From positions 79,789,534 through 79,853,533 of the forward strand of contig NC_068981.1 in NCBI RefSeq assembly GCF_001194135.2: DNA of 64,000 nucleotides, read 5' to 3'. This document shows positions 43,501 to 57,100 of this stretch, piece by piece. How positions within the stretch are numbered: the first letter of the stretch is position 1; every line of letters starts with the position of its first letter. The notes beneath the pieces are model-generated. The model was not told the DNA's origin and made no database searches. It saw only the letters and a program-made list of their open reading frames with translations. Origin of the DNA: Octopus bimaculoides (Eukaryota). The translations under genes were made by a program, and so were the position numbers.

Positions 43501-45131
43501 GGTATATATATATATGTCTGGGCAAAGTTTAGAGAGCTCTTACCTCTGCTGGCGACAAAGGGNNNNNNNNNNNNNNNNNNNNNNNNNNNNNNNNNNNNNN
43601 NNNNNNNNNNNNNNNNNNNNNNNNNNNNNNNNNNNNNNNNNNNNNNNNNNNNNNNNNNNNNNNNNNNNNNNNNNNNNNNNNNNNNNNNNNNNNNNNNNNN
43701 NNNNNNNNNNNNNNNNNNNNNNNNNNNNNNNNNNNNNNNNNNNNNNNNNNNNNNNNNNNNNNNNNNNNNNNNNNNNNNNNNNNNNNNNNNNNNNNNNNNN
43801 NNNNNNNNNNNNNNNNNNNNNNNNNNNNNNNNNNNNNNNNNNNNNNNNNNNNNNNNNNNNNNNNNNNNNNNNNNNNNNNNNNNNNNNNNNNNNNNNNNNN
43901 NNNNNNNNNNNNNNNNNNNNNNNNNNNNNNNNNNNNNNNNNNNNNNNNNNNNNNNNNNNNNNNNNNNNNNNNNNNNNNNNNNNNNNNNNNNNNNNNNNNN
44001 NNNNNNNNNNNNNNNNNNNNNNNNNNNNNNNNNNNNNNNNNNNNNNNNNNNNNNNNNNNNNNNNNNNNNNNNNNNNNNNNNNNNNNNNNNNNNNNNNNNN
44101 NNNNNNNNNNNNNNNNNNNNNNNNNNNNNNNNNNNNNNNNNNNNNNNNNNNNNNNNNNNNNNNNNNNNNNNNNNNNNNNNNNNNNNNNNNNNNNNNNNNN
44201 NNNNNNNNNNNNNNNGTGACCGTTGCCAGTACCGCCTGACTGGCCTTGTAGAGTTTTCGAGCGAGATCGTTGCCAGTGCCCCTGGACTGGCTCTTGTGCG
44301 GGTGGCACATAAAAGACACCATTTCGAGCGTGGCCGTTTTCGTGCGGGTGACATGTAAAAGCACCCACTACACTCTCTGAGTGGTTGGCGTTAGGAAGGA
44401 CATCCAGCTGTAGAAACTCTGCCAAATTTAGATTGGAGCCTGGTGTTGCCATCCGGTTTCACCAGTCCTCAGTCAAATCGTCCAACCCATGCTAGCATGG
44501 AAAGCGGACGTTAAACGATGATGATGATGTGTCTGTCCTCCTCATATATAGTAACAGTAACTTTTGACTCTTGGTATGCATGTACAGCCATTTATGTATG
44601 TACATCTGAACACACATATAGGTATTCATGTATTTATGTTTTTGTATTCCTGTATATCTGTATATGTTAATGTATGCATACATATGCATATATATATGAG
44701 TTTTTATGGCTCTTTATATCGTTTTTTTATATGCTTTCTGTATGCTTTTTTTACATGCTTTTATATTTGAATTTGAATTTTGTAAACTTCATGAACTGAA
44801 TTTTGTATATCTCTGAAGAGGCCTAGTGAACCATGCATGTACCTCCATTGCATCCTTTTCATCTACTAATTTCTCCAGCTTACTGGAGTTATATAGATAG
44901 AATGGGGCATGCCAACGCTAGGCCGAAACAGCTGTAAAATTTTGTCCCTTCTTCGGTCGCTAGATGTACTTTTGAATTTGAAATTTTAATTGTTGATATG
45001 ACATAGTATGTCATATGTGTCTGTATATTGTCTTTATTGTCCTTTTGGTTGAAAAATAAATGGATTAATTAACAGAGTACAGTGTCTGCAAGTTGATGAG
45101 TACCTCAGATTCCCCTCCATTTCCTTATTGC

Positions 45132-45162
<31 letters not shown>

Positions 45163-48100
45163 CACACACGAATATACACAAAATTATTATTATTATTATA
45201 GGTTATTGTTCAACCCCAGGTGAATCCTGATCTAACAGACCTATGATCAAAAGCATTCCAGCTGTGGCTATTCAGGAATTATATTAACCAATATGACCTT
45301 CCTTTTATGAAGACACTAGGGTGTGATTTGAGGGAGAAAATTAACAGCTATTTTTAACAGATTAAACCACATAAAAAGATCCCTAATTACTTTGTATAAT
45401 AAAATAATATAATATATTATATAATATAACATAAAGTTATACAAATTAACACACATAGAAGCATATTTATATGTGAATAAAGGCAGCAGCTTATATTCTC
45501 CTAAAGTGTCTCCTTATGCAATACAGTTCTCAATAATTCAGTTTAAGTTGGTACCATAGAATGGAATACTGTACTGTTAAAATCAACAGTAACCATGTAA
45601 AACCAATGAGCTTTTAACAGCTTTCTGTGAGAATACAGATATTCTAGTAGGTTTGTGTCATGGAAGAACTACTAACAGTATGGCTTTAAGTCTTCTAACA
45701 CATTGCTATGGATGAATAAGGTCACTACTTTATGGGTGCTTTGGAAAAAGCAACAGTTTATGCCACAGTGAAAACTCTTGAATGAAATCTCTTGGACTGG
45801 CAATTTAACTTCCTCCTGGTAGCCACTGTAGATAATATACTTCTACATGTCCTACAGTGTATCTTCTGGATGACAATAGTAAGGCCAAGACATGTGGGCA
45901 GTCCAGAGTTTCCATATATAATATTATGCAGGGGAGACCAGTCCAGTGGATCACTGCTTCATCATAACTGATGAAAGCTGCATATTGCATACTAGGAGTG
46001 AAAGCAAAATTATTCGGATTTCATCAGCTTTTCAAGAAGTTTCATCCTTTGGATTATAACGAAAATCAGTCAATAAATAATTTCTATTAACTGTTTAATA
46101 ATTATAATCACAATTTAACTGTACCCCTTAATATAATAATGCATTTCTTACAGCATTTTTTTAAGAATTGAAGTTCAGTGCAGACAACTGGAAATATCAA
46201 GAAGATCTCATTGAGATAATTTGAACTCAAAAGGATATTAGAAAGCATTGAGAGTCTTGATGCTTTTGTTAATATTTCAGCAATTTGCAAAGACATGGAC
46301 TTAGCTCCATAGAAACTGACTTCTATTTTAAACTATGTAACTTGATATTTCTTTAGGTTAGCTTAGAAGTATATTTTTAGTGTAGTTATCATTACATTAA
46401 CTACCTAACAATCATATGTTACATTTTCATTTTGGCAATGAGTTAAACCATAATTGCTTTGTATTTACATAATATTTAACCCTGTTTAGTTCATCATTAT
46501 CAGTCACAAGACAGTTCTAGTAAACTCATTTTAGGTAAATTTGTGATGAAAAACAACAAAAACAATGAAACAAAAGTACACAAAGTATGCTTTTGTTTCA
46601 TTGTTTAAAGTATGCTAAGAAGAGAGGTATCAACATTTCAAATAAGTTAAGTTTTTGTCAAGATAGCAAAGAAGAGAAAATATTAAAAAAAATTATAGAA
46701 AACTGTTTTACCAGTGATATTGAAAAATAACACAAATAATGGTTGACAACGACAGAAAGGATGTGAGCAGGAGTATATAGTTTCTGGCAGAGGAGAATGT
46801 AGTGGGTGGTGAGTGATTGTTGGTCCAGCACAAAAAAAGAATGGAAACGAATGAGGTGACAAGCAATGTGAATGGCAGTATGTATGTTGAGTAATGAGTA
46901 GAAAGACAAAGTGGGTGGGTGACAGTGTGAATATAGTGTTATCTATGTAGGAGTAGTAGATAAAAGAGTCGGATGATGCAAATGTGCGTAAAGGAGGAAA
47001 TTAGATGATAACTAATCCTTTCATTCCAGCAGGTGCAGTCATCTTCAACGGGAAAATGAATTGTTATTCCATGAGGAGTTGGGTGACATATGACTTTTGA
47101 TGTTGGAAAAGACAGTGAGCAATGGAATAAGGACTGGGAAGGTCAGTGGAGCTGATAAGGGCTTGCAAATGTTTCTTTTGAGATCTCTTGAAATTGCACA
47201 TTCAGCAGATGCTCCCTTGACCAGTTTCATCTATATGTAAGGGACCAAAACGTTAGAGCTGCAAGTGACCTGACCTGGGTTTCTTCTAGAAGCAAAGACA
47301 GGTTTGACAGTAGGAGCATTAACAAGCAGACTATCTGGATATGATATGAGGAATGAAGGAAATCTGGACTATTTAAAGGATAAAAGCTACTCTGGATATT
47401 TGTAGAACATGGTAGAGTCAGATGTGAAGGAATGGAAATTATTGTGGATAGATAATTATGTTCCAGAGATTAATTGGTGGTGGGGCAAGTATGAGAAAGG
47501 AGAATACAAATACAGTCAGCAAAATTATGATACGGGACTATGTCAGGATCATGATGATGGAGAAAATAGTGGAATATTATTGTAAACTACTTGCTGGTTA
47601 CCATAAAATCCAGATCTCTCTATATGCCACCTTCCTCATCCCAGAGAAATACAACTGATATAGGCAGCAACTAATGACCATACAGCTCAGGGGTGGGAAA
47701 TGGTGAAACGAGAAAATCTGGACTTCAAGGTAGCTAACAAACAAATTAGTGTGCATTATTACTCCATTTTTTCCCTCAAATGCAATAACAACCAACACCA
47801 CACACTCTCATTATTGATCCTACTTCTACCCCACTGCCCATTCCCATCATCCATCCAACAAACCACATTCGCTTCTTCCAACCTCTCAACCATCACTCCT
47901 GCAAATTTTACCTCTATAATTTCCATTTCCTCCAATATGATCCTGCAATTTCCACATCTTTCCAGAAAACCCTTTCTACTTCTTGACACATGTTCACAAC
48001 TAGTGCAGCCTTTAAGGTCCATAGCCCCAACTCCTTACCACATCCAGCCTGCATCACCTACTTGTTTACTCTCATTTTGTAACAAACTTTCCCTTCATTC

Positions 48101-51100
48101 ACATTATCTTTCTGCACAGTCCCAGGTCCATTTTCCTAATCATTGATCAGTTTTTTTGCACCTCCAAGAATGCAACTTATTTCATTAAATGCCAACATAA
48201 AAATTTTTATATATATTTATATATATATATATGTATGAAACCAATCAAAGGATAACCGCTCAGTTCAGAAAGCATCTACTGGACAGACAACAATACTGGC
48301 AGATCTCAACAACCACTGTTTGGAACTTTAACTCTACAAGGCATTCCCATTATCATACTGCCACTTGTTGGCCTTTCCAATATCACAGAATAAAGATTGA
48401 TTTTTTTCTCTGTTGGAGATGGCTATTCCAACTGGAATCAATAGCTGATTAGCTTTCCTCTGAGCCTGCCATACAGCTCTATCAACATAGGCATTCACCC
48501 CATCTGAATCTTTCACCAAACAATTCACACAAATATGCTTACTATATCCACACAAATTTATCTCATTTCACCTAATCACTCCAATGTTTCTTTCACCAAC
48601 ATATTCTCAAACACATAGTAACAATTTCTGTTACCCACTCACTCAAACATAAGTACAGCCATTCACATATGTTACTGCTTTCTACTTCATTCACTCACCA
48701 TTCAATACACTCTTCTCTGTCAGAAACCTCATAGTTCAGCCCACCACTGTTCTGTCATTGCTTCCCATGCCTCTTCAATAATACATGTAAAACTTTGCTT
48801 CTGAAAATTTTTAATACTTTTTCCGTCCCTTGCTTACAAAAGGCATTCTTGTTCAAAACCTCTTTTCTTCTTGGTGTAAGTACACCAACTTTATACACCT
48901 TCAGTTTGCAGCTTTTGTGGTTTTTTTAATAACGAATTTGATTATCTGAATTGTATTCACTGGTGCAGACCATCAATGACTATTTGGATTCTGACTTGTC
49001 TTAATTTTATAATGCCAAGTTTTTGTCTGTTTTAGTAGTTGTACAATATTTATTCACTCTATTACTATTATTCTTTCCCATTATACATCCACACCACTTC
49101 AGTTTTTTATTAACCTAAAAGATGATCTTAAGCTCTAAAACCTTAAGTATTTTCTTCAATTAACTTACACCGCACGCATGCATGTATACACACACACACA
49201 CACATTTGTTTTTACAAGCTAATATGAAAAGCTTTGAAAATTTATATATTTGCTAAAGAATTTCCACAACATGTATCTTTAGCATTCAGTTAAGGAGAAA
49301 GCCAATTTTTCACAGCGACAGACTGAGTCAATCCTACTATGTCTATTTGTCATGGAGGGCGAAAACGTTAACAGCCAACCACCAACCTATTGCTCTCATT
49401 TCCAGTATTTCAAAAATAATGGTGCTGATTGTAAGCAACCAGCTCCTTCATCACCCTAGGTCTCTCTCAAACCTAAGTGATTACTGAAACATTTCCTGTA
49501 GAGTCACAGCTACCATGAGATTTATTAGGCACTAGAAGTCTTTCACTTAAGAACTTCAGTGAAAATAAGGTTGTTGCTCTAGACACAAGTAGAGCTTTTG
49601 TTTATGTCTGGTATGGAGCCATGGGCTATTTCATTTCTTGTTTCATGGATTAGAAGTTTTTGACCATACCTCTCCATTGCAGTATGCACTGACAGAACTC
49701 TCAGCAAAACACATTTTATGATGAACTCTAGTGCACTCTAAGGGTCAGTTGTGTCTCCCACAATTTTCTTTCTATATATTAATGACCTACTAACTCACAC
49801 TTCAAATCATACATTTGTATAACAATGATACTTGCCTTCTCTCTTTATCCTACATACACACATACACATTATTTAAGTGGAACCAATACAATATCTCAGA
49901 CCTGTATTGCTATCTTGAACAAAGACCTCAGGAAAAAATCTTTCAATGGATATCTAATATAGTCTCTATTAATACAACCAAAATAAAATTACTATACAAA
50001 AAAAGGAAACTAGCTTGAGCCAAACATTATACAAGAAATAAGGTGTCCTAAAAAGATTAAAAAAACACAATATCAGGACAAACTGATATTTATATACTTT
50101 TACTAAAAGTATCCCAAACAAATTTCCTGTTCATGACTAGAAATTACTTCAAACCTAATCAGTTGCTGAGCCTCTACAAAGTTTATGTGTGATTCCCATT
50201 TGAGTTCTGCTGCTACATGTCACAAACAATCTAAAATAAGAAGGCTATTTGCTGACTGGTGAAGGGTCACTCACTATAATTACTGATGCTGAGAAAGTGT
50301 TACTTTTATCATTCAACAATGGCCCCTGCTCCTCTGAACAAGCCAAATCTGCCCAAGATAACCTGAAGCATCCATCTCTCCTCCTCTGACCACCACTACT
50401 CGCCTACCTATCACTACCAATGTATACTAAGCACTTTGCAATCATTCTTTCCTTCTGAAAGCTGGAAGATCCTGTAATGAATCTTCTCCTGATATACATA
50501 CTTTTGCACATGCTTTCCTACAGAAGTTCAAGATGAAAATACAGCACACCCATCTCACCACCATAAAAGCCTACAAAGGGTATGGAGACTGTTCTTCCAC
50601 CTCTTACTAACTAAAAGGAAAAAAATGAAAATAAATAATAAAATCGAAATTGCATTTTACCAAAAAAAAATTAATAAATCTGCAGTGTACACAAAAGCGG
50701 AAAGGTGTGAATAGCCAATTGGAAACTTTTAAAATACACCGAGTCTTAACATTAAATATTTATTTCTAACAGAAGTGCCAGGCCACAATTTAAGTAGAAT
50801 ATTAAATATATGTGCAAGAATTGTGCTATATATATATACATATATATATATACATATAAATATATATATATATATATATAAAATACACACATACACACAC
50901 ACAAAATATAAGTAAATAAACTTGCAATTTCTTATTTTCTTTTCTATTCCAATTTTTGTTCCAACTGCATTGTAATAAAAATAATATTCAGCAGCAAATT
51001 TTAAAAAAGTAAATAACAAAAAACTGAAAAGCTAAATAAAAAAAAGTTTTAAATTAAAATGAAGAAGCATATCAAAAAGCAGTACAAAAAAGCATTTGCA

Positions 51101-54100
51101 ACAGAAAGAAATAAAGCAAAGAATTTTAAAGTATCATGTTTCTTAAAGTTTACACAGCTGGCACCTTTCAAACTTACATCCTATAGTTAATATATAAAAA
51201 AATATTATTTAGCCTCAACATTATATTTTTATATGGCTTTTCCAGCAAAAGTATTTGAGATTTCTGGTGTAAAAAATTAAGTAAATATTTTCACTCAAGT
51301 TACTGTTTACGCTATTCTTAAATTAATTGAGTCAATTATATTAGGTCAGGATTATTTTAGGGCTTTTTGTTTTTGTAACCTTGTATGAGAATAAATATAT
51401 AATAAGAATCACCTAACCAAAATCCCTGTTATATAATTCACATTGTTATGGTCCCTAGTTGAAAACTGAGAAATAGAAAATGACTGTGGTATAAGCTAAA
51501 TATAAATTAAAACTGTTATTAAAAAATATAAGCAAAAAAAAAAAAAGCATTTAATACAAAACTCTCAATTAAGATTTTAGAAAACCATAAGGAAATGAAA
51601 ATATATAGAGCTTACCTGTTAGGTTTAATTTCAAAAAGAGACTGTGGATTCTGTTCAATTTGTTCAACTTCTGATACAAATTCTTCAAATAAACACTCTA
51701 GTTCTCGGCTCATTTGTTCAATCAAATCTGCTTGTAATTTCTGTAGGAATACATTTTGGTGTTGGATTTTAAACATTTTCACATAACTATACAACAGAGT
51801 TTATAGTTGTACAGTCCACACTAAATTTTAACATTTTTCATTAATCAATTAGTGCAATAAGATTTAACCATTTAAATTTTATTTTATTTACTTGTATGAA
51901 AAGGAAGAAAAACAATCATCATAGCCATTTTAGGCTTCACTAGACTAAAAAATAAAGATAATTTGAATTGCTAATAGACATGGGTTAAGAAAGAGTGCTA
52001 GGTAGATGCAGTTCTGGAGAAGATGTGAAAAGGAGTATACTACAAAGTTTAGAGAATAAGACATAAGATGGTGGTAAGAGATTAAAGTAAATTTAGATGA
52101 GATAGAATTGAGTTCTGAGCTCAGAAGAGAAGTAGCTACTGTGTTATAGAGACAGAAAGAGGATATAGGTTGATAGTGGGTGAGTGTTGTTCCAAGATGT
52201 GTGAGCAATACTCCAGTATAAGGTGTACTTTTCCTCAGTAAATAGTAGCAGCTATTGAGAGTTACTTTAACATAAAAATTTAAGGTAGGCAGAAATTAAA
52301 AAAATTATAGAACACAAAGACCATAATATTAATATATTTTTCGAGCTTCACAATTAGTAAAGGACTCAGAATATATTTCTTTAGGTTTACATAATTAGCA
52401 TAAGTTTCAAACTTCACAGCTAGTGAATGTTTTCAAAATATATTGTTATGTCCATAATGTTAACATATTTAAAACTTAGTAGCTGGCTAGTAAATAACTC
52501 AATATACATTTCTTTTATTTAATTGACTTAAAAGAAATTGATTTCAGTCACATTGCATTGCCAGTAATGATGTATTTAGTGCATATTCTTCTGTAGATAC
52601 ACACACTCACCATGCTGATCTACAACAGAACTAAACAGGGTTAATATTAGTGTAGGGAATGTTGAGAAGCATATGCACTGATAGGAAATGTATGAGGCAT
52701 TCATCTAAAGTAAAGTCAGTTAATGAAGCTAAAGAGACATGTGCGCAGTTCATTGTCAACAGTAAGAAAAAACATGTATATAGATACTTCAACACTAAAT
52801 TATGCAATTATTTTTTGTCAAAGGTCAGTAACACATATTTGGAACATTTCGTTACAGATTTTGTTCCAATACCAGTATGTCAAAAACTGAACAATAAACA
52901 TATCACATTTGTCACATTCTACATTTGCTGCATTATATAAAGTCACTTGAATCTAATGATGTCTTAACTTTTTTAAGATATGTTTGTAAGTGAACCCAGA
53001 ATTTGCATTATAGGCTCTTGTGTTTTTTGTTAAGTCAATATAAAACTTTGTATTAAAAATAAGCAACAGTGACTAGAGTGTAATTCAATATAAGTCTTTA
53101 TCACAATTTTATAATATATTTAAAATTGTAAAATTATGTAATCACTGATTTGTTTCTCCAGGCAACATAAGATTACACATCAAAGACTAACTGATTCAAA
53201 GTCTTTATAATTCAATAATTTCCATTCTAAATAAATAACCAGCAGCTTAATAATCAAGAAGCAAGAATATTATTAGGTTGTCAAGAAAGTTCTTGCAGAA
53301 TTTTTAATTTTGGTTTTAAATGATGTATTTTCAAATTAATTTTCGTTAAATTACTTTTTAAAGCCCGTTTTTCGCTCTATCTAATCGTGTTACTCCTTTT
53401 CTTTTTGAATAGTTTGGCCATTTTTTCTGGAATGTTGAATACAACATGGACAAATTCGCACAAGTTTTTTTTTTCCAGTTCAAGCTAGGCCAAAAAGCTG
53501 CTGAAACAGCTTGTGATATCAAGGATGTGTTTGGCCTAGGAACCACTAATGAACATACAGCACAATGGTGGTTCAAGAAATTTTGTAGCGGTGACGAGAG
53601 TTTTGAAGATGATAAGTGTAGTGGTCGGCCATCGGATGTTGACAACGATCGACTAAGAGCCTTAGTTGAAGCCAATTTATGCACAGTTGTTTGAGAGCTT
53701 GCTTCTGAATTAGACATAACGTATACAACAATTTCCAACCACTTGAAAGAGATTGGAAAAACAAAAATACTTGAGAAATGGGTGCTGCACGAATTGAATG
53801 ACAACCAAAAAAAAAAGAAGAAAAAAAACCCTGTTTTGAAGTGTTGTCTTCCCTTCTTTTACACAACAAGAATGATCCGTTTCTCGACCAGATTGTGACT
53901 TGTGATGAAAAGTGGATTCTTTACGACAACCAACGACACTCAGCTCAGTGGCTGGATGCCGACAAAGCTCCACGGTACATCTCAAAGCCAAAGTTGCGCC
54001 CAAAAAAAGTGACTGTTTGGTGGTCTGCGACCGGTCTCATCCATCACAGCTTTTTGGATCCAGGCAAAACCATTACGGCGGAGAAGTACTGTCAGCAAAT

Positions 54101-57100
54101 GGATGAAATGCATAAGAAACTCCGACAACAACAGCCAGCATTGGTCAATAGAAAAGGACCAATTCTTTTCCNNNNNNNNNNNNNNNNNNNNNNNNNNNNN
54201 NNNNNNNNNNNNNNNNNNNNNNNNNNNNNNNNNNNNNNNNNNNNNNNNNNNNNNNNNNNNNNNNNNNNNNNNNNNNNNNNNNNNNNNNNNNNNNNNNNNN
54301 NNNNNNNNNNNNNNNNNNNNNNNNNNNNNNNNNNNNNNNNNNNNNNNNNNNNNNNNNNNNNNNNNNNNNNNNNNNNNNNNNNNNNNNNNNNNNNNNNNNN
54401 NNNNNNNNNNNNNNNNNNNNNNNNNNNNNNNNNNNNNNNNNNNNNNNNNNNNNNNNNNNNNNNNNNNNNNNNNNNNNNNNNNNNNNNNNNNNNNNNNNNN
54501 NNNNNNNNNNNNNNNNNNNNNNNNNNNNNNNNNNNNNNNNNNNNNNNNNNNNNNNNNNNNNNNNNNNNNNNNNNNNNNNNNNNNNNNNNNNNNNNNNNNN
54601 NNNNNNNNNNNNNNNNNNNNNNNNNNNNNNNNNNNNNNNNNNNNNNNNNNNNNNNNNNNNNNNNNNNNNNNNNNNNNNNNNNNNNNNNNNNNNNNNNNNN
54701 NNNNNNNNNNNNNNNNNNNNNNNNNNNNNNNNNNNNNNNNNNNNNNNNNNNNNNNNNNNNNNNNNNNNNNNNNNNNNNNNNNNNNNNNNNNNNNNNNNNN
54801 NNNNNNNNNNNNNNNNNNNNNNNNNNNNNNNNNNNNNNNNNNNNNNNNNNNNNNNNNNNNNNNNNNNNNNNNNATATATATAAATAAAGGAGAATAAGAT
54901 AATATTAGGGTAATATAAAGGAAAGAAGATGGATGTAGGATTATTGTACAACTAATTGAAAATAGGTATATGTTGGTAACATGTTTACCAATATATGATT
55001 TTTTTAGACAGCTTAATCAAGAAGAGAAATGATGTTGATTATAACCTCCCAAGACAGATGGAGGGAGGAAAGGGAAGAAGAAACCATAATCCATGAGTTG
55101 TTGCAGTGTGAATCAAAGCATTAGAGTATCAAGTTATGTTCAAATCAGAGACTTGGTTCAGATGCTTTCAACAAAGTGGATTCTGCTAAAGACACTAAAA
55201 TGCTTGGTTAGCCAGTTCAATGTAAGCAATGGATTAGGTCTACCAAGTAAAACACTTGCCCACTGAAGTGCACAGTGAGATTGAACCTGTAACCATTTGA
55301 CTGTGAAATGAACATAAGATGACTGTGCATATCTCAGCAAATAATTCAATTAGCCCTTTAGCATTTAAACCAGAAAAATCCAGCCAAAATATTCTACTCA
55401 TTTTATGTTCAAACTGGTTATATCTGGCCTCTCACACCTACCCTACAAGGTCATTCTAAAAATAAAAATCACATCAACAGAATCTCAAAGTTACAAGATA
55501 ATGTACAATTAATTTAAAAGTATTACATTTGACAGAGTAATCTGAATGCTAAAGGGTTAACAAACCTAATGCAAGTAATTTAATATACGTACCTCTGCCC
55601 GGTCTCGAATTCTTTGTAAATTAACTTGCTGTTTTAGAGGTGTTGAAAATGATGTTGCTTGACCGTCTTCTGTAAAGATGTAAATTAATTTATCTTTTTA
55701 GTTAAACAAAAGGAAGAGAGGGTTAACCTCCAGTTTTTGACTCGAGCAAAAAATGAAAAAAGTGTAATAGGTGTAAAACGTGGTAAATGAATATGAAAAA
55801 AAAAATGCGCGCTGGCGAATGGGCGGCACGGGAGAAAGGACTGGGAAAATTCACACAACCAAACTCACAGGATCTGAAAACTCAACGTTAACACCCGGTT
55901 ACAAAAATGACAAAAAAATTAGTGTAATAGGTGTAAAACAACATGCAGTAAACGGATATGAAAAAAAGAAATGCGCGCTGGCGAATGAGGGTGAGGAGAG
56001 AGGCCTCGGAAAATTCACACGACCAAACTCACAGGATCTGAAAACTCAACGTTAACACCCGGTCACAAAAATGACAAAAAATTTAGTGTAATCGGTGTAA
56101 AACAACATGCAGTAAACGGATATGAAAAAAAGAAATGCGCGCTGGCGAATGAGGGTGAGGAGAGAGGACTCGGAAAATTCACACGACCAAAATCACAGGA
56201 TCCAAAAACTCAACGTTAATATCCGGTCACAAAAATGAAAAACAAAATGGTGTAATAGGTGTAAAACAACATGTAGTAAACTGGAGGTTAACCAAAGAAA
56301 GAAGGACACTTAATAGAGGTAATGTTAATGACATGGAAATAGATGTTGAATGAAACTGAGACCAAATCAAACAAAGGAACCTCTACATCAGTATTTCCTA
56401 AACTTTTCGCGCCAAATTGCAATATCGCCCACCAATCGGCCAAAAAATGCTCCATCGCCCACCTGTGTACAAAACCCCCAACACAAAATCCCCTAGGACC
56501 CCCCCTCCCCGTATCATTTGACATACTATATCGTAGACTCGTTGCCCTGTTAGTGCCGTTTGGACTAAATATGCGATTGTTTACAAATCCCTTATTGTAG
56601 GTTTAGTTTTGCCATTAGTGTGAATAAAATTTTAATGTTAACTCTATATTATGCAGACAGATTAACTTCTGGAAACTTGCGCTTTCTTTTACACTGATTT
56701 TCATTTTCCCCAAATGAACCACTGATCAGAACTACCCATGCAAAAATAATTAATGATTGTATTATAACTGAAAAGAATAAGACATGTTAAAGAGAACCAT
56801 GTGTCTGGTGCGATGCAGCTAGTGCAGATACATTCAGTTTAAAACTTGTCAACTTTAGCCGCAAGTCTCCTCGTTGTATTACACCCAGTCCAATTCTTTT
56901 ATGGGAAAATAAAGTTCCAACATGGTTGAATCCAGATTCAACCAGGTATGAGGTAGGGAAGGCAAGCAAAAGTATTTTCAGATGTTTCCATAGATTGGTA
57001 GTAGACAGTTTCCATTATTTAGGTGACTAAGTTAGTAGTGGTAGAAATTGTTCCAAAAGCATAGCTGCTAGAATAAGAATAGGCTGAGCACAGTTCAGAG

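Noticed and set aside
46108-46296. Exon-like open frame ending at a gtaag donor
   Set aside because: The open frame needs phase 1 but intron 3 is phase 2, where a stop occurs; no SOAT similarity.
51741-51794. 5' extension of exon 3 ([18 protein letters not shown]; tatag acceptor at 51787)
   Set aside because: That acceptor is phase 2 and exon 2 ends in phase 0; the ttcctacag acceptor at 51741 fits.
55727-56287. CRISPR array
   Set aside because: The units are contiguous tandem copies with no unique spacers, no cas genes, and the context is eukaryotic.
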